Assembly (NCBI GenBank): GCA_001824255.1
Contig: MHWQ01000002.1
Coordinates: 57,298 to 121,297, forward strand
Direction: 5' to 3'
Length of the DNA stretch: 64,000 bases
From: Candidatus Zambryskibacteria bacterium RIFCSPLOWO2_02_FULL_51_21
GTDB taxonomy: Bacteria; Patescibacteriota; Minisyncoccia; Phycocordibacterales; Zambryskibacteraceae
The position numbers and the translations under genes are program-made. The notes beneath the pieces were generated by a model, which was not told where the DNA came from, ran no database searches, and saw nothing but the letters and a program-made list of their open reading frames with translations. Within the stretch, counting starts at the first letter, position 1. Each line of letters opens with the position of its first letter. Positions 19,160-28,180 of the stretch are shown one piece after another.

Positions 19160-19477
19160 ATGCCTGGCTGGAAAGATTTGATAGTCTGCGACGGAGTAGA
19201 TATTCCTTGTACATACGATAAGCTCGTCGAGTTGGTCAAGGCGCTCATAACCGACATGGTCATCCTCTCGACCTTCCTCGCCGTGGCGGTCTTCGCTTAT
19301 GCGGGCTTCAAGATGATTATGTCGCGGGGAAGCGAGACAGAATACAAGGCGGCCGTGAAGATGTTCGGCAAAGTCCTTTGGGGCTACCTGTGGATACTCG
19401 CGGCGTGGCTTATCGTTTACACTATATCTAGCGTTCTCCTTAATCCCGGTTTCTCGCTCCTGGAGGCGCCACGATAA
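19160..19477 (+). CDS. VirB2/TrbC-like pilin-family membrane protein 1
   Basis: Two TM helices with 'YAGFKMIMSRG...A...G..ILAAWLIV' pattern; N-terminal Cys pair. Confidence 0.7.
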   Translation: MPGWKDLIVCDGVDIPCTYDKLVELVKALITDMVILSTFLAVAVFAYAGFKMIMSRGSETEYKAAVKMFGKVLWGYLWILAAWLIVYTISSVLLNPGFSLLEAPR

Positions 19478-19481
19478 TAAA

Positions 19482-19889
19482 ATGAAAAAAACTTTTCTGA
19501 TTTCCGCTCTCTCGCTCATGATTCTCTTTTCCTCCGGCGCTATAGTTGTTCATGCTCAATTACCCACCGGGTCTGATTCTAATCCGGCTCCGACTGGAAG
19601 CGATAGCAACCCCAGCGGCCCTCTTCTACCGAATCCTTTCAAGGGCGGCACATCACTCTTTGACCTCCTGAAATCGGTTATCCAAGACATTCTCATCCCT
19701 ATCGGCGCCGTGTTGTCGGTCATCGGCTTCATTTATGCCGGCTTCAAATATGTCATGGCCCGTGGCGATGCCAAAAAGATTGAAGAAGCACATAGGACCC
19801 TGCTCTACGTCGCTATTGGGTCGGCGGTGCTTCTCGGCGCCTGGACTCTATCGCAGGTTATACAGAACACCATTAGCAAGCTCATGTAA
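19482..19889 (+). CDS. VirB2/TrbC-like pilin-family membrane protein 2
   Basis: Signal peptide (VHA-Q), 'IYAGFKYVMARGD.KKIEEA...LLYVAIG'. Confidence 0.78.
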   Translation: MKKTFLISALSLMILFSSGAIVVHAQLPTGSDSNPAPTGSDSNPSGPLLPNPFKGGTSLFDLLKSVIQDILIPIGAVLSVIGFIYAGFKYVMARGDAKKIEEAHRTLLYVAIGSAVLLGAWTLSQVIQNTISKLM

Positions 19890-19893
19890 CTTT

Positions 19894-20187
19894 ATGAATA
19901 CCGACCCCAGGACATTCGGCGATATAGTCCAGATGTTTCTCGACCTGGTGCTACTGCTCGTGCCGCTCGTCGCTTCGCTCGCCCTGCTTGCCTTCTTCTG
20001 GGGCCTCGCCAAATTCATATACAATGTGAGCGGGGATGAGAAGGCGGTGGGGGAGGGCAAGAACCTGATGAAGTGGGGTCTCATCGCTCTCTTCGTGATG
20101 GTCTCGGTCTGGGGCATCCTGCGCTTCGCCTACGGAGAACTCGGCTTTTCAGGATTTGGGGTTCCCTTCCTGCCCACGAACAAATAA
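19894..20187 (+). CDS. Pilin-like two-TM membrane protein 3
   Basis: 'FFWGLAKFI...GKNLMKWGLIALFVMVSVWGI'. Start set at MNTDPRT. Confidence 0.72.
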   Translation: MNTDPRTFGDIVQMFLDLVLLLVPLVASLALLAFFWGLAKFIYNVSGDEKAVGEGKNLMKWGLIALFVMVSVWGILRFAYGELGFSGFGVPFLPTNK

Positions 20188-20202
20188 CTTATAATTAAAG
20201 AC

Positions 20203-20550
20203 ATGAAAAAATTGATTAAAATTGTGCCTCTTGCCGCAATACTGTTCCCGGCGGTCGCTTTTGCCGCGTTCCCGAAAACATCCGACCTGATTCTTGAGGG
20301 CTCGTCTCTCGTGAGAGCCCTGATTCTCATAATGGCCGGCTTGGCCCTGCTTGCTTTCTTCTGGGGGCTGGTCAAGTTCATCTTCAAAGCAGGAGATGAG
20401 AAGGAGACAGCCGCCGGCAAAAGATTGATGCAGTGGGGTCTCATAGCACTCTTTGTCATGGTCTCCGTCTGGGGGATTATCAAATTCGTGGAAATAGAAT
20501 TATTCGGCAACCTCGACAAGACCAATCCCACCATACCCACCTTCCAATAA
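20203..20550 (+). CDS. Pilin-like two-TM membrane protein 4
   Basis: Signal peptide (AFA), 'FFWGLVKFI...GKRLMQWGLIALFVMVSVWGI'. Confidence 0.75.
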   Translation: MKKLIKIVPLAAILFPAVAFAAFPKTSDLILEGSSLVRALILIMAGLALLAFFWGLVKFIFKAGDEKETAAGKRLMQWGLIALFVMVSVWGIIKFVEIELFGNLDKTNPTIPTFQ

Positions 20551-20633
20551 AAGCCGTGGATAGTATGGTTGCGGTTTTCGCCTATTGACGTATCATTAAA
20601 TACGTAAGTAATTAGTAGTAAGTAGCAGTAAAA

Positions 20634-20981
20634 ATGAAAAAAATCGCTTTAACAGCACTGACCTTCGCTCCGGCGGTCGCCTTCGCCCAGAACCTCGGCA
20701 ATCTTGAGACTCTTCTGCGCTCCATCGGCCGACTGGTAAACATCGCTCTGCCTATCGTAGTGGCGATAGCGCTCCTGGTATTCTTCTGGGGCTTGGTCAA
20801 GTTCATCTTCTCCGCCGCAGGCGAGGAAGCTCATAAGGCCGGCCAGCAGCTCATGATTTGGGGTCTCATCGCTCTCTTCGTGATGGTGGCTGTCTGGGGA
20901 CTCGTCCGCTTCATCGGCAACGCCATTGGCGTCACTCCGGAGGCGACTCCTCAAGCCGTTCCGACCGTTCCGGGACTCTAG
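20634..20981 (+). CDS. Pilin-like two-TM membrane protein 5
   Basis: Signal peptide (AFA-Q) and the same FFWG...WGLIALFVM motif. Confidence 0.75.
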   Translation: MKKIALTALTFAPAVAFAQNLGNLETLLRSIGRLVNIALPIVVAIALLVFFWGLVKFIFSAAGEEAHKAGQQLMIWGLIALFVMVAVWGLVRFIGNAIGVTPEATPQAVPTVPGL

Positions 20982-20982
20982 G

Positions 20983-21249
20983 ATGACCATCGTTCCGCTC
21001 CTCAACAAGATAAACCAGTTTATCCTCAATCCGATTATCGGGCTGGCTTTCGCGGTAGCGTTACTTGTCTTCTTCTGGGGGATATTCCAGTTTATCTCTT
21101 CGGAAACAGCTGATGCCAAGCGGGAGGAAGGCAAGGGAAAGATTATCTGGGGGCTCGTGGGCATGTTCATCATGTTCTCGGCTTACGGACTGATACACCT
21201 CATACTCGGAACTCTGGGTGTCGATGCCCCTCAGTATCTCAATCGCTGA
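20983..21249 (+). CDS. Pilin-like two-TM membrane protein 6
   Basis: 'NPII..AFAVALLVFFWG...GK..IIWGLVGMFIM'. Start set at MTIVPLL. Confidence 0.72.
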   Translation: MTIVPLLNKINQFILNPIIGLAFAVALLVFFWGIFQFISSETADAKREEGKGKIIWGLVGMFIMFSAYGLIHLILGTLGVDAPQYLNR

Positions 21250-21270
21250 ATTCGGAAATATACGGAAACG

Positions 21271-21306
21271 AAGAAGGGCGTCGCGTTAACAACGCGACGC
21301 CCTTTG
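21271..21306. terminator. Bidirectional terminator
   Basis: AAGGGCGTCGCGTT/AACGCGACGCCCTT stem between convergent genes. Confidence 0.85.
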
Positions 21307-21315
21307 TGTTAGGTT

Positions 21316-22182
21316 TCAGCACGGTGTCTCGGTCGTGCAGCGGTAGACCCGAATCTTCAGTTCCACCTGGTCTATACCGGGCTTGGAAGTGAATACCCGG
21401 ACTTTCCTAGTGCCGCGCCATTCGACCTGGCTGTCGAGTCTCGATGGTTCGCCGCGGCTGACTGTGGAGCCGTCGGGTTTCTTCTCCCACCAGTCCATCC
21501 GATAGTCTTGCGGCATGATGCCTTCGACGGGATGGTCGGGGGTGACGAACTCTGTGTACGTCGTGTCCGGAGAACGGACAGAAACGTATGCTCTCGCCGG
21601 CTCGGCGTTTATCCACCACGGCCACTTGCTCCACCCGTACCATCCGGCGCCGATGGCGACAGCCAGAACGAGTAGCCAGACTGCCGCACGAGCAACAGGC
21701 TTCCACATCTCTTGCGCCGTGGTACTTCTCGTCGTACTTTTCTTCGGCCGCAGAGCGAGAATCGTCATAACGGCGATGATCGCTAGGCCAATGACGATGC
21801 CCAGGAGCATCTTGAGCATCACCGAAAGGGCAATGCCCGTGAACGAGAAAGAGGGAAGCGACGGGAGCGTCGGTCTGGGCAGGTATAGCTGAGGTGATAA
21901 TTTGTAGACAATTACCAACCCTACCAGTGCCCATGTAGCAATCGCGAGCCATGCTACCCGCTGGTTGAAGGGAAGACCCTTCTTCGGTGTGGGTGTGGTG
22001 GTCGACGCAGCTGGTGCTGGGCTCAGAACTGGTCGACGCATAGGCCGCGGTGCTATCAAGTTCACCCGAATCTGAGCCAGAGCCGGCGTTTCTCGTCTTG
22101 CTCTCCACTGTTTGATTTTCGCTCTCACCCAAGCGGCGAGCACAAGCCAGATGGCTTCAAGCGCAACTCTCTTTATCTTCAT
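21316..22182 (-). CDS. Hypothetical multi-TM protein
   Basis: Three to four TM segments; TTGACT-17-TATAAT promoter and GAGG SD. Confidence 0.7.
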
Positions 22183-22239
22183 AAAACCTCACAATCTTCA
22201 GTCTGTTTCAATTATACTCCTAAATTTATAAAAAGTCAA

Positions 22240-22261
22240 GGGCCGGACTTGCGTCCGGCCC
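22240..22261 (-). terminator. Hairpin terminator
   Basis: GGGCCGGAC/GTCCGGCCC stem after the 22271 stop. Confidence 0.6.
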
Positions 22262-22270
22262 CCATTGGAA

Positions 22271-23320
22271 CTACTTCTTTCTCTCAGCGTCTACGCTTGT
22301 GACGATGTTACCGCCAATGACGTTGGGCTGAGCTACTTTGATTGCCTCGGCCATGGCTATCTGCGCACCGACTGGACTTGAGCCCCAGGCAGCCAGTTCT
22401 TCCCGAATGCCTTCCGCTCGGGCCTTCCTTTTATCGCCCTCTCCTTTGCCTTCCTCCTTTTGCGCCAGGGCGGTGAGCTTGGCGATTTCGAGAGCGCGAG
22501 TGGCGTCCGTCATCTTCTTGTCGCCGCTAGTGAGGTCGAAAGTGACGAAGCGCGCGTCGATGATTTTCACACCGAACGACTCGCGCAAGCCCTTCGACTC
22601 GCCAGATGTCTCGCTCAATCCTTTGAGCTTGGCGATGAGCTGATTCGCGCCGGACGCTTCGTCTTCCCGCAATCCCTGAATGTCTTTCCTCGAGACATAT
22701 TCCCGGAAAGCGCCCTGGACGGCAGCCGTCGTCTGGGATTCCCAGCCGCCGGCGTAGAAAAAGGCCTTTATCGGGTTCTCAAGCTCGGCGGTGAAGACCA
22801 CGATGCCGTCGACAGGGAAGTTGCCGATGGTTTCGGCTCCCTCAATCTTTGTCGCCATGTTGTAGCGGAAGAAAATCGAAGGACTGTTTTCGGGCCGTTT
22901 CTTGTCCCCGCGGACTTTCGAAACGAGGCTCCAGTCTGTCGACGGGTCCGGTTTCTTCTCCCACTTGCTGTAACGCAGTTCGCGCCACAGAAAATATTTG
23001 AAGAATCCGACCTTGGCGACACCTAATTGGCCGAGTATCCCTGTTCTCTCCGGCCGTTTGGTTGGATCCGGCACGAAGATCTGGCTATCGCGATCGTAGC
23101 GGTAGCCGATGACCGATTCGATAATCTGATCGAACGGTCCATCAGGATCTCCGCTTACCAGAATGTACATCTCTCCCGCCGGCGGCAGGGCTCTGAACGG
23201 GCTCCACCAGACATCGAGTTTCGAGAGCGTGACGATGAGCCACGGAATCCCGAATCTCAACAGCCAGAAGAGAACTCCGACAAGCACGGTAAGTGCTGCC
23301 GACCATAAGACAATCCACAT
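22271..23320 (-). CDS. SPFH/band-7-like membrane protein (putative)
   Basis: N-terminal TM; 'AVQGAFREYVS', 'SFGVKIIDARFV', then an Ala/Glu coiled coil; TTGACC-17-TATAAT promoter and GGAGG SD. Confidence 0.6.
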   Translation of the reverse strand: MWIVLWSAALTVLVGVLFWLLRFGIPWLIVTLSKLDVWWSPFRALPPAGEMYILVSGDPDGPFDQIIESVIGYRYDRDSQIFVPDPTKRPERTGILGQLGVAKVGFFKYFLWRELRYSKWEKKPDPSTDWSLVSKVRGDKKRPENSPSIFFRYNMATKIEGAETIGNFPVDGIVVFTAELENPIKAFFYAGGWESQTTAAVQGAFREYVSRKDIQGLREDEASGANQLIAKLKGLSETSGESKGLRESFGVKIIDARFVTFDLTSGDKKMTDATRALEIAKLTALAQKEEGKGEGDKRKARAEGIREELAAWGSSPVGAQIAMAEAIKVAQPNVIGGNIVTSVDAERKK

Positions 23321-23363
23321 GCTGAACCTCCAGTGTCAAAGACGTTTGTCTATCTATATTATA

Positions 23364-24050
23364 TCACGCGGGGATTTGTTGGTCAACACCAGAAACTGGG
23401 CCGGAGAAGGGAATGGAAGAGCGCACAGGAGTTTTCTTGATGATATTTACAATCTCGTCGTGGCTGTCGGTGATGGTAAAGAGGTCGAGATGCTCCGGCT
23501 CGATGGCCTTTCTCGCGAGCATTTCCTCCCGCATGAAGTCTCTGACCTTGTTCCAATATTCACTTCCCACACAGATGAGAGGGACGTTTTTTATTTTCTT
23601 TGTCTGAATCAGCGTGATTAATTCGAAAAATTCGTCGAGAGTGCCGAAGCCGCCCGGATAGAAGATGAAAACTTCCGCCCCGAACGAGAGGCAGACTTTC
23701 CGGGCGAAGAAATAATAGAAGCTGATGCTTTTTGTAATATACGGATTGACCGGCTGCTCGTTCGGCAGGCGGATGAGAAGGCCGATAGAGTTGCCCCCGG
23801 CCTCGTAAGCTCCGCGGTCGGCCGCTTCCATTATTCCTGGGCCGCCGCCGGAGACGACCGAGTAGCCGAACTCCTTGACCAGGCGGGCGGAAAGTGAGCG
23901 CGCGCTCTGGTAGTAGGGGTCGCTCTCTTTCGTCTGGTTGGAGCCGAAGAAGGTAACCGATTTGGGGTAATCCGCAAGAAATTTGAAGCCCTCCGTGAAT
24001 TCTTTTGCTATTTCTGCTACACGATACTTGGCGAGAGTTGCATCATCCAT
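23364..24050 (-). CDS. LOG family protein (TIGR00730-like)
   Basis: VTFFGS, GGGPGIMEA, YFFARK, PGGFGTLDE. Confidence 0.92.
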   Translation of the reverse strand: MDDATLAKYRVAEIAKEFTEGFKFLADYPKSVTFFGSNQTKESDPYYQSARSLSARLVKEFGYSVVSGGGPGIMEAADRGAYEAGGNSIGLLIRLPNEQPVNPYITKSISFYYFFARKVCLSFGAEVFIFYPGGFGTLDEFFELITLIQTKKIKNVPLICVGSEYWNKVRDFMREEMLARKAIEPEHLDLFTITDSHDEIVNIIKKTPVRSSIPFSGPVSGVDQQIPA

Positions 24051-24077
24051 GCTGCTATCATATCATATAGGTCACAT

Positions 24078-24527
24078 ATGAATAAAACAAAATATATAGC
24101 AGTCGCCACCGGTCTCGGTCTTATCGGATATTTGTTCTTCTCGGGACCCTTCATGAGCCTTTTTAAAAGCCAGTCGCAAAATCAAAACAATCAAATGCCT
24201 CAAACAGGATATGCTTCTCAAGATGTGGTAGCGGGCCAAGGCGCTCTCGCGGAGCCGGGCGACAAGCTCACGGTGCATTACGTTGGAAAGTTTGTGAACG
24301 GTCAGATATTCGACAGTTCGCGGGATTCCAATACCCCCTTCACCTTTACTCTGGGCGCGGGCCAAGTCATCCGCGGCTGGGAAGAGGGTATCCAGGGTAT
24401 GCGCGAGGGCGGCAAGAGACTGCTTGTCATCGCTCCGGACTACGCTTATGGCGGCAAGGGCAGGGGACCAATCCCCGCCAATTCGACTCTAGTCTTCGAG
24501 GTTGAACTTTTGAAAGTGGAGAAATAG
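24078..24527 (+). CDS. FKBP-type peptidyl-prolyl isomerase, membrane-anchored
   Basis: VHYVG, FDSS, VIRGWEEG, YAYG, IPANSTLVFEVEL. Confidence 0.95.
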   Translation: MNKTKYIAVATGLGLIGYLFFSGPFMSLFKSQSQNQNNQMPQTGYASQDVVAGQGALAEPGDKLTVHYVGKFVNGQIFDSSRDSNTPFTFTLGAGQVIRGWEEGIQGMREGGKRLLVIAPDYAYGGKGRGPIPANSTLVFEVELLKVEK

Positions 24528-24533
24528 ATAGAA

Positions 24534-25112
24534 ATGCATCACGCGTATTTATTGGTAGGTTCCGCAGAACAAGCGGAGAAATACTTGCGTGAATTTGTCG
24601 GCGACCTGACCGGGTCGCCGGACTACTTTGTATTCAAAGATGATGTCTTCGGCATCGGTGACGCGAGGAAGTTGTCTGAGTCCGCGGTGCGGAAAGCATT
24701 TACGGACAGAAAAATTTTTCTAATCGCGCCGGTGAAGATTACGCGCGAAGCCCAGAACGCGCTTCTCAAAACTTTTGAAGACCCTGTCGAGAACACTCAT
24801 TTTTTTCTCGCGGCGCGCGAAGAGGAATTGATAATTCCGACGCTTTGTTCACGCATGCGCGTCGTTCGTTTAAGCTCCGAAGCTAGTGAAGCTAATGAAG
24901 CTAGTAAATTTCTGAGGCTTCCAATCAAAGACAGGCTGAATTTCGTCAAAAAATTCGTGGATAAAGAAGAAAACTTGTCCGTATTCCTCGATGAGCTGCT
25001 CGCTCTCACCAGGTCCAAGAAAATTTATGATGTGAGGAAATTTTCCGATGACCGTTCCGCTTCAAGCCGCCTCATCCTCGAGCATTTGGCTTTGGTGTTA
25101 GATAATATCTAA
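24534..25112 (+). CDS. holB: Reduced DNA polymerase III delta'-like protein
   Basis: HHAYLL, EAQNALLKTFEDP, IPTLCSR; much shorter than canonical HolB. Confidence 0.7.
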   Translation: MHHAYLLVGSAEQAEKYLREFVGDLTGSPDYFVFKDDVFGIGDARKLSESAVRKAFTDRKIFLIAPVKITREAQNALLKTFEDPVENTHFFLAAREEELIIPTLCSRMRVVRLSSEASEANEASKFLRLPIKDRLNFVKKFVDKEENLSVFLDELLALTRSKKIYDVRKFSDDRSASSRLILEHLALVLDNI

Positions 25113-25140
25113 CACCAAAGCCAAATGTTATAATCAATTC

Positions 25141-25677
25141 ATGGCATACAATTTTTCCCAGTTCAAACAGTCTACGGATGCGGCTCTCGAGTGGCTCAAG
25201 AGGGAATACGCGGGGCTCAATACCGGCCGGGCGACGCCTGCCATACTCGACTCCGTTCTGGTGGAAGCGTATGGTTCGAAAATGGCGATAAGTCAGCTTG
25301 CCACCGTCTCTCTCGAAGACCCGAAGACTCTTCGCGTCGTGCCTTGGGGGGACCAGGGGGTGGGCAAGGACATAGACCGCGCGGTAAGAGAATCGAATCT
25401 CGGTCTCTCTGTCGCTCTCGACTCGGCCGGCCTGCGTCTCTCGTTCCCGTCTCTTACCAGCGAACGCAGAGTAGTTTTGCAAAAGCTTGCGAAAGAAAAA
25501 CTCGAAGAAGCTCGCATCAAGGTGAGAAACGAAAGGCAAAAAGTTCTGAATGTCACAGGTGACTTGAGCGAAGATGAGCAAAAGCGCGTAAAGAACGAGC
25601 TTCAAAAACAAGTTGATGACGCGAATCAGAAGCTTGAAGACCTGGCGGAAAGAAAGCAAAAAGAAATCCTCGAATAA
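25141..25677 (+). CDS. frr: Ribosome recycling factor
   Basis: NTGRATPAILD.V.VEAYG, FPSLTSERR. Confidence 0.95.
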   Translation: MAYNFSQFKQSTDAALEWLKREYAGLNTGRATPAILDSVLVEAYGSKMAISQLATVSLEDPKTLRVVPWGDQGVGKDIDRAVRESNLGLSVALDSAGLRLSFPSLTSERRVVLQKLAKEKLEEARIKVRNERQKVLNVTGDLSEDEQKRVKNELQKQVDDANQKLEDLAERKQKEILE

Positions 25678-26723
25678 TGTCAGTAATAATTTTTCTTATA
25701 ATCCTGAGCGCCTTGATTGTTGTGCATGAACTTGGGCACTTTCTGGCCGCGAGGAAATTCGGAATCAGAGTAGACGAATTCGGCCTGGGTTATCCGCCAC
25801 TGGCCAAAAAACTTTTCAAATGGAAGGGAGCGGACTTTACCTTAAACTGGCTGCCCTTCGGCGGCTTCGTGAAGATATACGGCGAAAGTCCGACGGAAGA
25901 GAATGCGAAATCTCCGGAAAGTTTCCAGTCGAAGAATCGCGGCATACAGGCCGCGGTTCTCGTGGCCGGAGTATTCTTCAACTTCCTCTTCGCCTGGCTT
26001 CTCATCTCGCTCGGCTTCATGACCGGGATTCCATCACCAGCCGGTATGGATTTGCCTCTCACGAATCCGCACACCGTCATAACTCTCGTTGTGCCCGGTT
26101 CGCCGGCGGCGCTGGCCGGTTTCAAAGTGGGCGATGTGATACGAAGCTTCACTCCGGAGGAAGCGACGAGTTATATCAAGAGCTCGGCCGGCCCGATAAG
26201 ATTCGATATTCAACGTGGCAAGGAAATTTTGCAAAAAACCGTGACACCCGAAACAGGCATTTTGCCGGGGACAAGGGCGATAGGAATCTCGATGGAGACC
26301 ATCGGCACGGTGAGACTTCCTCCGCACAAAGCGTTGTGGCAGGGGCTCAAAACAGCCTCCGCGCTTACCTGGCTTACCGGCAAGGCCATAGGAACTCTCA
26401 TCTCGCAGGCCGTTCTCGGCCGGGCCGACCTTACGGCCGTGACGGGGCCAGTGGGCATCGTCGGCATGGTGGGGGAGATTCGCCAACTAGGGCTCTCTTA
26501 TCTCGTGACCTTCACCGCCCTTCTCTCAATAAATCTTTCCATCATCAATCTTTTGCCTTTCCCGGCGCTCGACGGCGGACGGCTGGTTTTCGTGGCGATT
26601 GAATCGGCGACAAGGAAGAAAATTCCGCCGCGGTTCTTCAACGCCGTGAATGCCATGGGTTTCGCCCTTCTCATTTTCCTCATGATTCTTATTACCGTGA
26701 GAGACGTGAGGAATATTTTCTAA
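25677..26723 (+). CDS. rseP: RseP-like M50 metalloprotease with PDZ domain
   Basis: HELGH, LPFGGFV, NLLPFPALDGG. Confidence 0.92.
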   Translation: MSVIIFLIILSALIVVHELGHFLAARKFGIRVDEFGLGYPPLAKKLFKWKGADFTLNWLPFGGFVKIYGESPTEENAKSPESFQSKNRGIQAAVLVAGVFFNFLFAWLLISLGFMTGIPSPAGMDLPLTNPHTVITLVVPGSPAALAGFKVGDVIRSFTPEEATSYIKSSAGPIRFDIQRGKEILQKTVTPETGILPGTRAIGISMETIGTVRLPPHKALWQGLKTASALTWLTGKAIGTLISQAVLGRADLTAVTGPVGIVGMVGEIRQLGLSYLVTFTALLSINLSIINLLPFPALDGGRLVFVAIESATRKKIPPRFFNAVNAMGFALLIFLMILITVRDVRNIF

Positions 26724-26890
26724 ATAAAAAACCGTCCTCGAGAAATCGAGGACAGTCCCGGCGCCGCGGCGCGCCTATTTGCGGATGCTGGTGTCGCAGT
26801 CCGGACAAGCAGTGAGATTGGCGGGTCTTCACCGACCCTACTCACAGCCTCGGGCGGTCGCAGCCGGCACAGCCGCAGGCCGGGATTCAA
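26722..26890 (-). ncRNA. Candidate ~165-nt structured small RNA (6S-like?)
   Basis: Minus-strand TTTACA-17-(TG)TAAGTT promoter; long irregular hairpin closed by TCCCGGC/GCCGGGA; terminator GTCCTCGA/TCGAGGAC plus T-tract. Confidence 0.55.
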
Positions 26891-26968
26891 AAAACTTATC
26901 ACGAAAAGTGTGTTTTGTAAAGTATGTTGAATGTTTCAATATAGGCCGATTTTCTCTATAATAGCGGC

Positions 26969-28180
26969 ATGAAGCAGTCTCAGCTGTTTACCAAGACGCG
27001 CCGCGAAGCGCCCGCGGACGAAGTCTCCAAGAACGCCATCCTCCTTACCCGTGCCGGGTTTATAAATAAAGAGCTCGCCGGCGTGTATTCTCTCTTGCCT
27101 TTGGGATTGAGAGTCGTCGACAAAATCAAAAAAATCGTTTCGGAAGAAATGGAAGCGCTTGGCTCGGTGGAATTTCTCATGTCGACTCTTCAGAACAAAG
27201 AGATTTGGGAAAAGACCGGCCGCTGGAGCGATGAGAAGGTGGATGTCTGGTTCAAGTCTACGCTGAAATCCGGCAGCGAGGTGGGCTTCGGCTGGTCGCA
27301 CGAAGAGCCGATTACCAATCTCATGACTTCGCATATCGCAAGCTATCACGACCTGCCCGTCTATGTGCACCAGTTCCAGAACAAATTGAGAAACGAAGTC
27401 AGAGCCAAGGCCGGCATCCTGCGCGGCCGAGAGTTTCTGATGAAGGACATGTATTCTTTTGCTCGAAACGAAGAGGAGCATATGGCTTTTTACAACAAGG
27501 CGACTGAAGCGTACCTGAATGTTTTTAGAAAGGTCGGTTTGGGTGACATTACCTACGTCACTTCTGCTTCGGGAGGTTTTTTTACGGATAAATTCAGCCA
27601 CGAGTTTCAAACTCTCTGCGAAGCCGGTGAAGATACGATTTATATAACTGACGAAAATGGGAAGGTTGCCGTAAACGGAGAAGTGGAGAAAAAAGGTGAC
27701 CCAAAGAAAGCTGTGGAGGTAGGAAACATCTTCACTTTCGGCACCGAGAAGTGCGAGCAGATGGGACTTTATTTCAACGATGAGAAGGGGAACAAAACCC
27801 CGGTCTATCTCGGCTCTTACGGCATAGGCATCACAAGACTTATGGGAGTGCTCGCGGAAGTATTTGGCGACGATAAGGGCCTGGTTTGGCCCGAGGCGGT
27901 GGCGCCGTTCAAGGTTCATCTGCTCTCGCTTTCGGAGAACTCGAAGAAACTGGCTGACGAGGCATACGAAAAGCTTCAGGCGGCCGGGGTGGAAGTTCTC
28001 TACGACGACCGAGACGCTAGAGCCGGCGAGAAATTTGCCGACGCCGACCTCATCGGCATCCCGACGAGAGTGGTGGTCGGGGAGAAGGCGCTTGCTTCCG
28101 GCATGCTTGAAGTCAAATCGCGGGCTTCCGGCGAGACGCGCGAACTTCCATTGAAAGAACTTATAAATGAATTGGCCTAA
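26969..28180 (+). CDS. proS: Prolyl-tRNA synthetase (short form, no INS editing domain)
   Basis: SHEE, RNEVRAK.GILRGREF.MKD.YSF, GSYGIG, anticodon-binding domain. Confidence 0.95.
   Translation: MKQSQLFTKTRREAPADEVSKNAILLTRAGFINKELAGVYSLLPLGLRVVDKIKKIVSEEMEALGSVEFLMSTLQNKEIWEKTGRWSDEKVDVWFKSTLKSGSEVGFGWSHEEPITNLMTSHIASYHDLPVYVHQFQNKLRNEVRAKAGILRGREFLMKDMYSFARNEEEHMAFYNKATEAYLNVFRKVGLGDITYVTSASGGFFTDKFSHEFQTLCEAGEDTIYITDENGKVAVNGEVEKKGDPKKAVEVGNIFTFGTEKCEQMGLYFNDEKGNKTPVYLGSYGIGITRLMGVLAEVFGDDKGLVWPEAVAPFKVHLLSLSENSKKLADEAYEKLQAAGVEVLYDDRDARAGEKFADADLIGIPTRVVVGEKALASGMLEVKSRASGETRELPLKELINELA

Noticed and set aside
26722-26968. T-box riboswitch for proS
   Set aside because: No T-box consensus; the terminator points away from proS, and proS has its own -10 six nt before ATG.
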